A stretch of DNA of 63,998 nt, filler included, from Malassezia furfur (GCA_052055015.1; 6 parts of 6 records of this genome joined end to end with filler, not necessarily neighbours in it); one strand, 5' to 3'. Positions 1 to 10,370 are shown, counted from the whole stretch's first letter. Program-made: numbers and translations. Notes: generated by a model not told the origin, from the sequence alone.

Positions 1-2282
1 GCGCCGGGCGCGCCGTCGTGCAGCGCCGCCTCCCACGCGACGAGGTCGAGCGCGTCGTACGCGCGGCGGATGGCGACGCGGTCGATCTTGGCCGACGACG
101 TGCGCGGGAAGGCGGGCAGGATGAGGAAGTGGTTCGGCACCATGTACGACGGGAGCAGCGCCTGCACGCGTGTGCGCAGCGCGGCGGCGAGCGCGCGAGC
201 CTCGGCGTCCTGCCGCACGCCGATCGGCTCGGGCACCGGCGCGTCCTCCGCGGCGCGCGCCACGACAAAGCTCACGATGCGCGGCTCGTCGTCCGGCCCG
301 GGGAGCGCGACGGTGTCTGCGTCGCGCACGCGGTCGTCGGCCGTCTTGACCGCCGCATTGATCTCCAGGAGCTCGATGCGCACGCCGTTGATCTTGACCT
401 GGTCGTCGTTGCGCCCGAGGTACTCGAGCTGCCCGTCCCACAGGCAGCGCGCGAGGTCGCCCGTGTGGTACACGCGGCCGAGCGTCGGATGCGCGACAAA
501 CTTGTCGCGCGTCTTGTCGTCGTCGCCGATGTAGCCGCGCGCGAGCTGCGGGCCGCCGAGCAGCAGCTCGCCGATCGCGCCGCGCGGCGCGATCTGTCCG
601 TCGCGGTCGACGACGACCGTGAGCCCGGTCGGGAACGTGTACCCGATGTTGTGCGCCTTGTACGTGTCGCCGTGCGGCACGGTATGCATCGTGATCGAGA
701 GCGTCGCCTCCGCCGGGCCGTAGATGTTGACCAGCGTGCACGCCTGCGACCACTCGTCGGCGACCGCCTGCGACAGCTTCTCGCCGCCGTTGATGAGCAC
801 ACGCATCGAGGGGATCGCCGCGCGCGGCACCATCGCCGACACCGCCGGCGTGAAGAGCGTGTGCGTCACCTCGAGCGCGCGCGCGACCGGCGCGAGGTGG
901 TTGAGCAGGAGCGCGAGCGGCGCAAAGCACACCGTGCCGGCGTGCGCCCAGGTGTAGAAGATGTCGAAGATGGACAGGTCAAACACGTACGCGGCAAACT
1001 GCAGGTACCGCAGCTGCCCCGGCACGCGCGCCGCAAACGTCGTCGGCACCGCGTCGCACAGCGCACGCATGCCCTGCACGGCCGCGCGGTGCGCGATGCC
1101 GACCGCCTTCGGCAGGCCGGTCGTCCCGCTCGTCCAGATCTTGTACGCGAGTCGGTCGGGCGACGCACGGAACGCCGAGCGGCGCGGCTCGGTGAACGGC
1201 GTGTGTGGCGTGCGGGGGACGGCGTCGAGGTGCACGGCGTCCATGTGCGCGGGCGCGACCTCTGCGACCGCGTCGGCGCCCGCGCCGGCCACCAGCACTA
1301 CGCGCGCGCGCGACTTTTCGAGGAGCGCCGCCTGCCGTGCGGCGGGCCACGCCTCGTCGATCGGGCACCACGCGGCGCCCGCCTTGAGCACACCGAGGAT
1401 CGCCGCGTACATGTCGAGCGTCTTGGGCATGCACAGCGCGACGATCTCGTCGTCGTCGTCGCTTGCGCACGCATAGCCCACGCCGAGCGTCCAGAGCTGC
1501 TGCGCAATGGCCTCGGCGCGCGCGTTGAGCGCCGCATAGCTCAGCTCGTCGGTGTGCTCGAGCGTCGTGCGGCACGCGAGCGCGGGCGTGTCCGGCATCT
1601 CGCGCACGCGGCGCCCAAACTGGTCCTCGAGGCGCTCGGCCTCCACACCGCCCGGGCCCATATCGGTGTGCAGCACGACGGGGTGCGGGTGTGTGAGCGA
1701 GGAGTAGGTCAGCGACGCGAGCGCCGTGTGCGGCGGCGCGCCCTGCAGCAGCGCACGGAGCACCGCGTGCATCTGCGCGAGCATCAGCTGCGCCGACGCC
1801 TCGATGTGCACGGCCGACGACGCCGCCAGCGTCAGCGCCAGGTCGTCGCCGTGCGCGCTGCGGTGTGCGTACACGACGAGCGTTGTGCGGTCGTCGCGCG
1901 GCGCGAGCGCATCGAGCGGCGCGTCTGGCGCGCACACGAGCGCGTACGTGCCCTGTGCTGTGCCCGCTGGGGCGGCGCGCAGCTGCGCCGATATCGCGGC
2001 GATGGCTTCGAACGCCGTCGCGGCGCCGCGCACGACGAGCTCGCACGTGTGCTCTGCCGTATAATCAAAAGCGACCTCTTCAATCTCGTGCAAGAGGTAG
2101 GCACGCAGCACGTAGCCGAACGCGGCGGCCACCAGGGTGCCTGGCGCCGCGTCGTGCTGTTTTTCGACGGCCTCCAAGTCCGCGCGGCGGATCCGCGCGC
2201 TGAGCGTCGTGCGCTCGAACGCGTCGCGCTCCGGCGCGCGTACGCGGAGGCCCGTCACGTCTGGGAACGGTACTCGCGCCAT
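1..2282 (-). CDS. NRPS, N-terminal part (partial C-like region plus first adenylation domain), ferrichrome-type siderophore synthetase-like; runs off the window edge
   Basis: Hand translation from ATG 2282 (MARVPFPDV...) stays open to position 1. It is absent from the ORF track. A-domain cores: YKIWTSGTTGLPK (A3), FDLS (A4), NIYGPAE (A5), GELLLGGPQLARGY (A6), YHTGDL (A7), GRNDDQVKINGVRIELLEI (A8), LPSYMVP (A9), PRTSSAKIDR (A10). NRPS call is firm; the siderophore subclass is inferred. Confidence 0.88.
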   Translation of the reverse strand, partial: MARVPFPDVTGLRVRAPERDAFERTTLSARIRRADLEAVEKQHDAAPGTLVAAAFGYVLRAYLLHEIEEVAFDYTAEHTCELVVRGAATAFEAIAAISAQLRAAPAGTAQGTYALVCAPDAPLDALAPRDDRTTLVVYAHRSAHGDDLALTLAASSAVHIEASAQLMLAQMHAVLRALLQGAPPHTALASLTYSSLTHPHPVVLHTDMGPGGVEAERLEDQFGRRVREMPDTPALACRTTLEHTDELSYAALNARAEAIAQQLWTLGVGYACASDDDDEIVALCMPKTLDMYAAILGVLKAGAAWCPIDEAWPAARQAALLEKSRARVVLVAGAGADAVAEVAPAHMDAVHLDAVPRTPHTPFTEPRRSAFRASPDRLAYKIWTSGTTGLPKAVGIAHRAAVQGMRALCDAVPTTFAARVPGQLRYLQFAAYVFDLSIFDIFYTWAHAGTVCFAPLALLLNHLAPVARALEVTHTLFTPAVSAMVPRAAIPSMRVLINGGEKLSQAVADEWSQACTLVNIYGPAEATLSITMHTVPHGDTYKAHNIGYTFPTGLTVVVDRDGQIAPRGAIGELLLGGPQLARGYIGDDDKTRDKFVAHPTLGRVYHTGDLARCLWDGQLEYLGRNDDQVKINGVRIELLEINAAVKTADDRVRDADTVALPGPDDEPRIVSFVVARAAEDAPVPEPIGVRQDAEARALAAALRTRVQALLPSYMVPNHFLILPAFPRTSSAKIDRVAIRRAYDALDLVAWEAALHDGAPG

Positions 2283-2704
2283 GGCCTCGTCCCAACGCGT
2301 GGACACACCGTTCTTCGCAAACGACGCAGCGAGGCACTTTGCACGCGGACGGACGCGTGCGCGAAGCGTCTTGGCATCAGTGATCCATCTCGGCCGAGGG
2401 GACCGTGCGCGGGGGCGGGGCATCTGATTGAAGCGCGCCCCCGCGCCACCGCGAAACGCCGCCGCATCGTGCGCCAACGACTGGTTGGCGGCCCATCGAT
2501 AAAAAAAAAAAAACCCGATCGGATCTTCCCTCGCGCATGTCGGACCTGGCGCGGCCGGAAGAACGCCAGGGTCATCGGACGCTCGGCGCACGTTTTTTTT
2601 CTTACGCGGCGCCGTGCATCTGAGGAGTGCCGCCTCCCCTCCCTGGCTGTGCCAAACGCTGCAGTGCCTTTCCTCGCACGCTTGGGGTGTCTTGCACACT
2701 GGCC
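2283..2704. promoter_or_regulatory. Divergent NRPS/ABC promoter with GATA-like elements
   Basis: ATCTGATTG at 2422-2430 and ATCGATAA at 2495-2502, followed by an A13 tract. These resemble the ATCWGATAA consensus of fungal iron-responsive GATA repressors. Confidence 0.4.
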
Positions 2705-5700
2705 ATGTCCTGGACGCAGCGCAGCCGCGCGTGGATCGCCGCGCGGCGGCCGTCGGCGAGCTACCTGCGTCTCTTCCACAACCTGGAGCGCACCGACTGG
2801 GCGCTGATCATCATCGGCACGCTCGCGGCGATCGCAGCGGGCGTGCCGCTGCCCGTGATCGGTGTGCTGTTCGGCAAAATGCTCGACCAGTTCAACGAGC
2901 AGGTGTGCGACGCCCAGAGTGGCATGCAGGACACCGACCACTTTCTCGACCTCGTTGCGGACCACGTCATCGACATCATCGCCGTCGCATCGGCCAACTT
3001 TGCGCTCATCTGGATCTACACGAGCTGCTGGTCGGCGTTTGGCGAGCGGGTCGTGCGCCGCCTGCGCGAGGCATACGTCCGCTCGCTCCTCGCGCAGGAC
3101 ATGTCGTTCTTTGACACACTGCAGCCCGGCGCAGTCAACACGCATCTGAGCGCGGACCTGCTCGCGGTGCAGAACGGCACGAGCGAAAAGGTGGGCATCC
3201 TGCTTGCGTCGCTCGCCTACTTTGTCGCGTCGTACGTCGTGGCCTTCTGGATGCTGCCGGTGCTCGCCGCGCAGCTCATCTGTCTCGTGCCCGCGCTGCT
3301 GATCATCTCGCTCGTGGGCGCACACCTCGGCTCGCGCTTCACTGCGCGCTCCTCGGCGGAGCTCGCGGACGCGACCGGCCTCGCGACCGAGATCATGACG
3401 CACCTGCGCGTCGTCCAGGCCTTCGACGCCCTCCGGCCGCTGCGCGTCGTGTACCACGGCTACCTGCGGCGCGCGCGCAAGAGCGGCTACTACCGCGCGC
3501 TCGCGGCTGCCGTGATGCTCGGGTTCCTCTTCTTCGTGGCGTACAGCGCGAATGCGCTCGCGTTCCACAGCGGCTCGCGCCTCGTGACCGACCGCATGCG
3601 CGACCCCGACGAGGACCCGAGCGGGACGGTGGGCGCGGTGTATACAGTCATCTTTCTGCTGCTCGACGCGTCGTTTGTCGTGGGGCAGATCGCGCCGTAC
3701 CTGCAGGCGTTTTCGTCCGCGGGCGGCGCGGGTAACCGCCTGTTTGAAGTGGTGCACCACACGCCCGCGATCGACGCGAGCGGCACGGGGGGCCGCACCG
3801 TGCCGGACGAGCTGCTCGGCTTCGAGCTGCGCGACGTGCGCTTTGCGTACCCCGCGCGCCCCGAGGCGTTTGTGCTCGACGGCGCGACACTCACGATCGG
3901 CGCGGGGCAGCGTGTGGGCATCTGCGGCACGAGCGGCAGCGGCAAGAGCACGGTCGCGGCGCTGCTGCAGCGCTTCTACGACCCCGCCGAGGGCAGCATC
4001 ACACTGCACGACGGCACGCCGCTCGACGAGCTGAGCCTGCCGTGGCTGCGCGCGCAGATGGGCTACGTCGGGCAAGACGCGGTGCTCGCCGACTGCACGG
4101 TGCTCGAAAACATTGCGCACGGGCTGCTGGACAGCCCGAAGCACGCCGAGCTGCAGCCTGCGCTGCTTTACCTGTCGCGCTATGCGCTGCACGACTCGCT
4201 CGCCGACGGCTGGCTCGATGCGGCGGATGAGGAGTACCGCGGCGCCTTGCACGAGGTGGTGCGCCTCGTGGAAGAGGCGGCGCGCGCGGCGCATGCACAC
4301 ACCTTTATCGAGGCGCTCCCGAACGGCTACCGCACGCACGTCGGCCACGCCGCGCACACGCTCTCGGGCGGGCAAAAACAGCGCATTGCGCTCGCGCGCG
4401 CCATCATCAAGAAGCCGCGCGTGCTGCTGCTCGACGAGGCGACCGCCGCACTCGACTCGCACAGCGAGCTGGCGGTGCAGGCGGCGCTCGACGGGATGGA
4501 AGAGCCGCGCACGACGATCGCGATCGCGCACCGCCTCGCGACCATCAAGCACTACGACCAGATCATTGTCATGGCGCACGGCCGCGTCGTCGAGCAGGGC
4601 ACGCATGACGAGCTGCTCGCCAAGCAGGGCCTCTACGCGGACCTTGCCGCGGCGCAGCTCGACGAGAGCATCGGGAGCGGCAGCGACGACGATGCGTCGT
4701 CGCTCGACGACGACGCGATGATGCACGAGCCGATCGAGAACAGCGTGTTCAACGACACGCACGAGGTCGGTAAGGTGGTGCACCCCGTCGAGTCGGCCAC
4801 GGCGCCGGTGCACGAGTCGCACTCGCTCCCCGAGAAGCCCGCCGAGATCGTGCCGCAGCTGTCGCACGGCCAGACGCTGCGCCGCCTCGCGCGGTACACG
4901 GCGCCGTCGTGGCCGTTTTGGGTCGTGGGCCTCGGCGCGAGCGCGGTGATCGGCGGGGCGTACTCGGGCGAGGCGGTGCTGTTTGGCCACGTCGTCCAGG
5001 CGCTCAACCCGTGCCAGTCGCCGGACCGCGTCGAGTCGCGCGCGGATCTGTTTGCGCTGTTCTTCTTCATCCTGGCGCTGATCGAGCTGGTTGCGTACTT
5101 TTTGAGCGGCGCGTCGCTCGGCGTCGTCGCCGAGAGCCTGCTGCTGCGCGTGCGCAAGCAGATCGTCGAGGTGCTTGCCGCGCAGCGGCTCGTGTGGTAC
5201 GAGACGCGGCACGCATCGCCGTCGGCGATGATCGCCGAGCTTGTCGCAGACACGAGCAACCTCGGCGGGCTGACGAGCACCGTGATCGGCACCATCTTCA
5301 GCATCCTCGTCAACCTCGTCGCTGGCATTGTGCTTGCGCACGCGGTCGCATGGCGCATCGCGATCGTCATCCTCGCCACCGTGCCGATCCTGCTCGTGTC
5401 GGGCTACCTGCGGCTCAAGGTGCTCGCCGAGTTCCAGCGGCGGCACGAGACGGTGTACGCTAAGTCGACGTTGATCGCCGTCGACGCCGCGCAGGACATC
5501 CAGACGGTCGCGGCGCTGCGCCGCGAGAACGACGTGCTCCAGCTGTTCCAGTACGCGCTCGAGAAGCCGTACCACGAGAGCCTGCGGCACATTGTGATCG
5601 GCAACGTGTTTCTCGCGGTGTCGCTGAGCATCTCCTACTTCATCTACGGCTTTGCGTACTGGTGGGGCTCGCGCAACGTCGCCGAGGGGCGGTACTCGCA

Positions 5701-6772
5701 GGTGGCCTTCTTCACCGTGCTGCCAGCGCTGCTCTTTTCCGCGCAGACCAGCGGGCAGCTGCTCGCGTTTGGGCCAGACTTGAGCAAGGCGCAGGTCTCT
5801 GCCGGGCACCTCTTCTCGATCCTCGAGTACGCCAAGATCCCCCGCGAGCACGTCGTGCCCGGCGATGCCGACGAGAAGGGCGACGAGAAGGCGGAGGGCG
5901 GTGCGGCCGCCGCGGACCTCGAGCTCGGCGCGAAGCGCACGGGCCATGCCGTGGCGGACGTCGTGCCGCGGACGCCGCTGCCCGTGACGTTTGACCGGGT
6001 GTGCTTTACGTACGCGCAGCGGCTCGACCCCGCGCTGCGCGACGTGAGTTTTGAGGTGCCGGCCGGCGCGTTTGTTGCGCTGATCGGCGAGAGCGGCTCG
6101 GGCAAGTCGACGTGCCTGAGCCTGATTGAAAATCTATACACGCCGAGCCACGGCGCGGTGCGCGTGGGTGGAAAGCAGACCACGGCGGTGACCACGACCG
6201 AGCTGCGCGAGGGCATGGCGATCGTGCCGCAGGACGCGATGCTCTTCCACGGCACGGTGGCGTTCAACGTGGCGCTCGGACTGGACGATCCCATGTCGTC
6301 GACGGCGGTGCCCCAGTCTCCTCGCTCTGTACATACTTCCTCTGGCGAGGTGGACCCCCGCATTGTCCAGGCGTGCAAGGATGCCAACATCCACGATGTA
6401 ATCGAGGCCATGCCCGACGGATACCAGACCGATGTCGGGCCGGGCGGATCGCACCTGTCGGGCGGCCAGCGCCAGCGCCTGGCGATTGCGCGTGCGCTGG
6501 TGCGGCGCCCCCGGCTGCTGCTGCTTGACGAGCCGACGTCGGCGATGGATGCCACGAGCGAGCAGGCGTTCCAAAACACGCTCGAGGAGCTGCAGCGCTC
6601 GCACGCGTGCACGATCATCACCGTGGCGCACCGCATGCGCACGATCCGCATGGCGGACCACATTGTGCTCTTCTCGCACGGGCGCATCGTTGCGCGCGGC
6701 ACGCACGCCGAGCTGATGCAGCACTGTGCGGCGTACCGCACGATGGTGTCCCACCAGTCCGTAGCGCAGTAG
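2705..6772 (+). CDS. Full-length ABCB/MDR-type ABC transporter (TMD-NBD)2
   Basis: Two Walker A motifs (GTSGSGKS, GESGSGKS), signatures LSGGQKQR and LSGGQRQR, Walker B LLLDE, AHR switch motifs, two TM blocks; intronless. Confidence 0.95.
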   Translation: MSWTQRSRAWIAARRPSASYLRLFHNLERTDWALIIIGTLAAIAAGVPLPVIGVLFGKMLDQFNEQVCDAQSGMQDTDHFLDLVADHVIDIIAVASANFALIWIYTSCWSAFGERVVRRLREAYVRSLLAQDMSFFDTLQPGAVNTHLSADLLAVQNGTSEKVGILLASLAYFVASYVVAFWMLPVLAAQLICLVPALLIISLVGAHLGSRFTARSSAELADATGLATEIMTHLRVVQAFDALRPLRVVYHGYLRRARKSGYYRALAAAVMLGFLFFVAYSANALAFHSGSRLVTDRMRDPDEDPSGTVGAVYTVIFLLLDASFVVGQIAPYLQAFSSAGGAGNRLFEVVHHTPAIDASGTGGRTVPDELLGFELRDVRFAYPARPEAFVLDGATLTIGAGQRVGICGTSGSGKSTVAALLQRFYDPAEGSITLHDGTPLDELSLPWLRAQMGYVGQDAVLADCTVLENIAHGLLDSPKHAELQPALLYLSRYALHDSLADGWLDAADEEYRGALHEVVRLVEEAARAAHAHTFIEALPNGYRTHVGHAAHTLSGGQKQRIALARAIIKKPRVLLLDEATAALDSHSELAVQAALDGMEEPRTTIAIAHRLATIKHYDQIIVMAHGRVVEQGTHDELLAKQGLYADLAAAQLDESIGSGSDDDASSLDDDAMMHEPIENSVFNDTHEVGKVVHPVESATAPVHESHSLPEKPAEIVPQLSHGQTLRRLARYTAPSWPFWVVGLGASAVIGGAYSGEAVLFGHVVQALNPCQSPDRVESRADLFALFFFILALIELVAYFLSGASLGVVAESLLLRVRKQIVEVLAAQRLVWYETRHASPSAMIAELVADTSNLGGLTSTVIGTIFSILVNLVAGIVLAHAVAWRIAIVILATVPILLVSGYLRLKVLAEFQRRHETVYAKSTLIAVDAAQDIQTVAALRRENDVLQLFQYALEKPYHESLRHIVIGNVFLAVSLSISYFIYGFAYWWGSRNVAEGRYSQVAFFTVLPALLFSAQTSGQLLAFGPDLSKAQVSAGHLFSILEYAKIPREHVVPGDADEKGDEKAEGGAAAADLELGAKRTGHAVADVVPRTPLPVTFDRVCFTYAQRLDPALRDVSFEVPAGAFVALIGESGSGKSTCLSLIENLYTPSHGAVRVGGKQTTAVTTTELREGMAIVPQDAMLFHGTVAFNVALGLDDPMSSTAVPQSPRSVHTSSGEVDPRIVQACKDANIHDVIEAMPDGYQTDVGPGGSHLSGGQRQRLAIARALVRRPRLLLLDEPTSAMDATSEQAFQNTLEELQRSHACTIITVAHRMRTIRMADHIVLFSHGRIVARGTHAELMQHCAAYRTMVSHQSVAQ

Positions 6773-6786
6773 CCAGCTCTACGGGT

Positions 6787-8505
6787 CTATGTGTTGTCGG
6801 CGCGCTCCGGGCGCAGGTAGCGCTGGTACACCTTGTTGTCGGTCTCCTCGTAGTACGCGTAGCCGAGCTTGGCGAGGAACTCGTCAAATTTGGCCTCGGT
6901 GTGCTTCGGCACCTGGATGCCCGCGAGCACCTTGGCGACGTCGCCGCCCTGGTTGCGGTAGTGGAACAGGGACAAGTTCCACCCCGCGTCGATCATCTCG
7001 AGGAACTTGCGCAACGCGCCGGGGCGCTCGGGGAACTCGAAGCGGAACATGCGCTCGTCCGGCACGTCCTCGCGCCCGCCGATCAGGTAGCGCGCGTGCG
7101 ACTTGACAAAGTCGTCGTCGGTGATGTCGACCGCAGGCATGCCGTCGCTCCGGAGGCCCTCGATGATGCCCTCCAGCTCGAGGTCGCGCAGCGACTGCAC
7201 GGGCGGCGCCGGCTCCGCGCTCGCCACCACGGGGTTCTTGCGCGTGGGGATCGTGCCGTTGAGCATGACCGATGCAAAGATCAGCGCCGTCTTCGCGCCG
7301 CTGTAGCGGTACGAGAACTCGGTGACGTCGCGCGGCATGATGTGCTGGTAGAGCTTCATGAAGCTGCCCGGCACATCCGGGATCTCGATCGAGAGCAGCG
7401 CCTCCTTCTGCTCACCGTACTCGGCGCGCTCCGCGACGAAGCGCAGGCGGCTAAAGTTCATGTTGGCGCCGCTCACCACCGCGATGAAGCGCTTGCCGGA
7501 GCCGGTGGCGCCCGTCATGGCGACGTAACGCTTCATGCCCGCGACCGCCAGCGCGCCCGCCGGCTCGGTGACGGAGCGCGTGTCCTCAAACACGTCCTTG
7601 ATCGCGGCGCAGATCTCGTCGTTCGACACGCGCACCACGCCATCGCACTGCTCGTGGCACACGCGGAAGCACTCGCCGCCCACAACGCGCACCGCTGTGC
7701 CGTCCGAGAAGAGGCCGACCTCGTCGAGCGTCACGCGCTCGCCCTTGGTGAGGCTGCGCGCGAGCGCGTCCGCATCGAACGTCTCGACGCCGATCACCTT
7801 GACGTGCGGCGGCGCGATGCGCTTGATGTATGCTGCGATGCCGCTCAGCAGCCCGCCGCCGCCGACCGCGCAGAACACGGCGTCGACGTTGGAAAAGTCC
7901 GCCTGCGAGCACAGCTCGACGCCGACGGTGCCCTGGCCCGCGATCACGAGCGGGTGGTCGAACGGCGGGACGATGGTCAGGCCGTAGCTCGCCGCGAGGC
8001 GCGCACACTCCGCCTTGGCCTCGTCAAAGTTCTGGCCGTGGAAGACGACCTTGGCGCCGAGGCGCTGTACGTTCTCCCACTTGATACTCGGTGTGCCGCG
8101 CGGCATCACGATCGTACATGGGATCGAGAGGTGCGCGCCGGCGAGCGCGACGCCCTGTGCGTGGTTGCCGGCGCTGCACGCAATGACGCCCTTCCACTTT
8201 TGCGTGTCGGGCAGCTGGCGCATCATGTTGTACGCGCCGCGCAGCTTGAAGCTGAACACGGGCTGCAGATCCTCGCGCTTCAGCAGCATCTCGCACCCCA
8301 GCCGGTTCGAGAGGCGCGTCGCGGGCTGCAGCGGCGTCTGCTTCACGAGGTCGTACAGGTGCGCGCCGAGCGTCATGCGCAGGTAGTCCGGCGACCCGTC
8401 GGGCAGCCGGTGGTGCGCGGGCAGGTCCGCGTACAGCGCGGCATACTCGTCGGAGTGTGGTAGTGCGTGTGGCGTGTGCGGCACCCAGGCGTCCGCAGAA
8501 CTCAT
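6787..8505 (-). CDS. ILV1: Biosynthetic threonine dehydratase
   Basis: KREDLQPVFSFKLRGAYN (PLP lysine), SAGNHAQG, GGGGL, SGAN and C-terminal regulatory repeats (FEFPERPGAL). Confidence 0.95.
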   Translation of the reverse strand: MSSADAWVPHTPHALPHSDEYAALYADLPAHHRLPDGSPDYLRMTLGAHLYDLVKQTPLQPATRLSNRLGCEMLLKREDLQPVFSFKLRGAYNMMRQLPDTQKWKGVIACSAGNHAQGVALAGAHLSIPCTIVMPRGTPSIKWENVQRLGAKVVFHGQNFDEAKAECARLAASYGLTIVPPFDHPLVIAGQGTVGVELCSQADFSNVDAVFCAVGGGGLLSGIAAYIKRIAPPHVKVIGVETFDADALARSLTKGERVTLDEVGLFSDGTAVRVVGGECFRVCHEQCDGVVRVSNDEICAAIKDVFEDTRSVTEPAGALAVAGMKRYVAMTGATGSGKRFIAVVSGANMNFSRLRFVAERAEYGEQKEALLSIEIPDVPGSFMKLYQHIMPRDVTEFSYRYSGAKTALIFASVMLNGTIPTRKNPVVASAEPAPPVQSLRDLELEGIIEGLRSDGMPAVDITDDDFVKSHARYLIGGREDVPDERMFRFEFPERPGALRKFLEMIDAGWNLSLFHYRNQGGDVAKVLAGIQVPKHTEAKFDEFLAKLGYAYYEETDNKVYQRYLRPERADNT

Positions 8506-8573
8506 CGAAGAAGACGCTGAGCGTCGCGGCGTCCGGCTCCCTCCACCCGGCGGCCCCAGTTTTCGCCTCCACC

Positions 8574-10346
8574 ATGCGCAAGCAGCGCGGCGCACCGAAA
8601 AAAACGGCGCGCGCGGCGGCGCCTGCGGAGGGCAAGCGGCCCTCTGCGCTGCCGCGCCGCGGGCGCATCGCGTGCGCCAAGCAGTCGAATGCGGACCTGC
8701 TGCAGCTCGACCGCGTCGCCGAGGACGCGCCCGCGGGCGCGGATGACGCCGCGGACGAGGCGCTTACCGCCCGCACGCGCCTTGCGCAGCTGACCGAGCG
8801 CGATAACAGCCTGAAGGCGTACATGAAGGAGCTGCGCAAGGTGCTCGAGCACGCGGACGTGATCCTTGAGGTGCTCGACGTGCGCGACCCGCTCGGGTGC
8901 CGCGCGTATGCCCTCGAGCGCGAGGCGCAGCGCCAGGGCAAGCGCATTGTGCTCATCCTGAACAAGATCGACCTGGTGCCCGCGTCGAACACGCGCGCGT
9001 GGCTCGCGTACCTGCGGCACGAGTTCCCCACCCTGCCGTTCAAGGCATCCACGCAGCAGCAGCGCACGCACCTCGGCCAGGGCCCCGCACTCGTTGTGCC
9101 GAGCGCCGACTCGGACGCGACGCTGGCGAACGGCGCCGAGGCCGCCGGCACCAAGGCGATCCTGCAGCTGATCAAGAACTACTCGCGCAACCTGAACCTC
9201 AAGTCGAGCATCACGGTCGGCACGATCGGCGCGCCGAACGTCGGCAAGTCGAGCCTGATCAACTCGCTGAAGCGCTCGCGCGTATGTAGCGTTGCGGCCA
9301 CGCCGGGGCACACCAAGGTCGTACAGGGCGTCATGCTCGACCGGCAGGTGCGCCTGCTCGACAGCCCCGGCATCGTGTTCACCGACGCGAACGCGCCGCC
9401 GGGCGCGTCGCCGGACGAGGTGTGTGCGGCCGCCGAGGCGGCGCTGCTGCGCAACGTGCTCAAGGTCGAGCTGGTCCCCGACCCGATCGAGCCCGTGCAG
9501 GCGATCCTGAACCGCATCGATCCGCAGTACCTCGCGGACGTATACCAGCTGCCCGCGCTGCCGTCGCGCGACGCCTCCGACTTTTTGCTGCGCGTCGCGT
9601 ACCAAAAGGGGCGCATCACCAAGGGCGCGCTGCCGGACCTCGACGGGACCGCACGCACCGTGCTGCACGACTGGAACACGGGCAAGATCAAGTACCACAC
9701 CGACCCGCCCGCGAAGCCGCCGGCGCACATCACGCAGCGCAAGGCGACGGCGCTCGCGACCGAGGCGCCGCAGGCCGACGAGGCGGCGGTCGTCACGTCG
9801 TTTGGCGAGGCGTTTGATCTCGCGGGGCTGCTCGGCGAGGCGGACGCCGAGGCGCTCGGCGGCGACGGGAGCTACTCGCCGCCTGCCGCGCCGGCTCCGC
9901 GGCGCGCTCGGGTGCCGGAGCCGATGGCGGCCGAGCCGGACACGAGCCTCGGCAAGCATGCGCGCGACTCGGACGAGGAGTCGGAGGACGACGCGGACGA
10001 TTTCCGCCCTGCGCGCGCGCGTGCGGCGCCGGGCGGCAATGCGTTTGCGGCGCTCATGCAGGATGACGCGTCGGAGGAGGAGGAGGAGGAAGCGCCGGCG
10101 CCCAAGCCGCCGGCCGCCAAGAAGAGCAAGCCCGATGTGCAGTTTGCCGAGGCGGAGCGCGAGGCGATGGCGACGCCGCGCGGCAAGCAGCGGCGCAAGG
10201 CACGCAAGGAGAAGAAGCGCCGTGCGGGCCTGGACGTGCACATGGACGTGCTGATGGACCTGCAGGGCACTGCGGACGCCGAGGGCGGCGCCGCGGGCGG
10301 CGACGCGGACGCGGACGCCGCCTCGGCCTCCGAGGAGGAACTTTAG
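8574..10346 (+). CDS. NUG1: Nucleolar circularly permuted GTPase (Nug1/Grn1/GNL3 family)
   Basis: LEVLDVRDPLG, G4 NKID before G1 GAPNVGKSS, G2 TPGHT, G3 DSPG. Confidence 0.88.
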   Translation: MRKQRGAPKKTARAAAPAEGKRPSALPRRGRIACAKQSNADLLQLDRVAEDAPAGADDAADEALTARTRLAQLTERDNSLKAYMKELRKVLEHADVILEVLDVRDPLGCRAYALEREAQRQGKRIVLILNKIDLVPASNTRAWLAYLRHEFPTLPFKASTQQQRTHLGQGPALVVPSADSDATLANGAEAAGTKAILQLIKNYSRNLNLKSSITVGTIGAPNVGKSSLINSLKRSRVCSVAATPGHTKVVQGVMLDRQVRLLDSPGIVFTDANAPPGASPDEVCAAAEAALLRNVLKVELVPDPIEPVQAILNRIDPQYLADVYQLPALPSRDASDFLLRVAYQKGRITKGALPDLDGTARTVLHDWNTGKIKYHTDPPAKPPAHITQRKATALATEAPQADEAAVVTSFGEAFDLAGLLGEADAEALGGDGSYSPPAAPAPRRARVPEPMAAEPDTSLGKHARDSDEESEDDADDFRPARARAAPGGNAFAALMQDDASEEEEEEAPAPKPPAAKKSKPDVQFAEAEREAMATPRGKQRRKARKEKKRRAGLDVHMDVLMDLQGTADAEGGAAGGDADADAASASEEEL

Positions 10347-10370
10347 TTGCATAGGGAATCATGACTATGT

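Noticed and set aside
18..5947. Very long Arg/Ala-rich ORFs (18-2807 +, 2255-5947 -, and many similar throughout)
   Set aside because: Antisense or off-frame shadows of real genes, caused by high GC3 codon bias; no recognisable domains.
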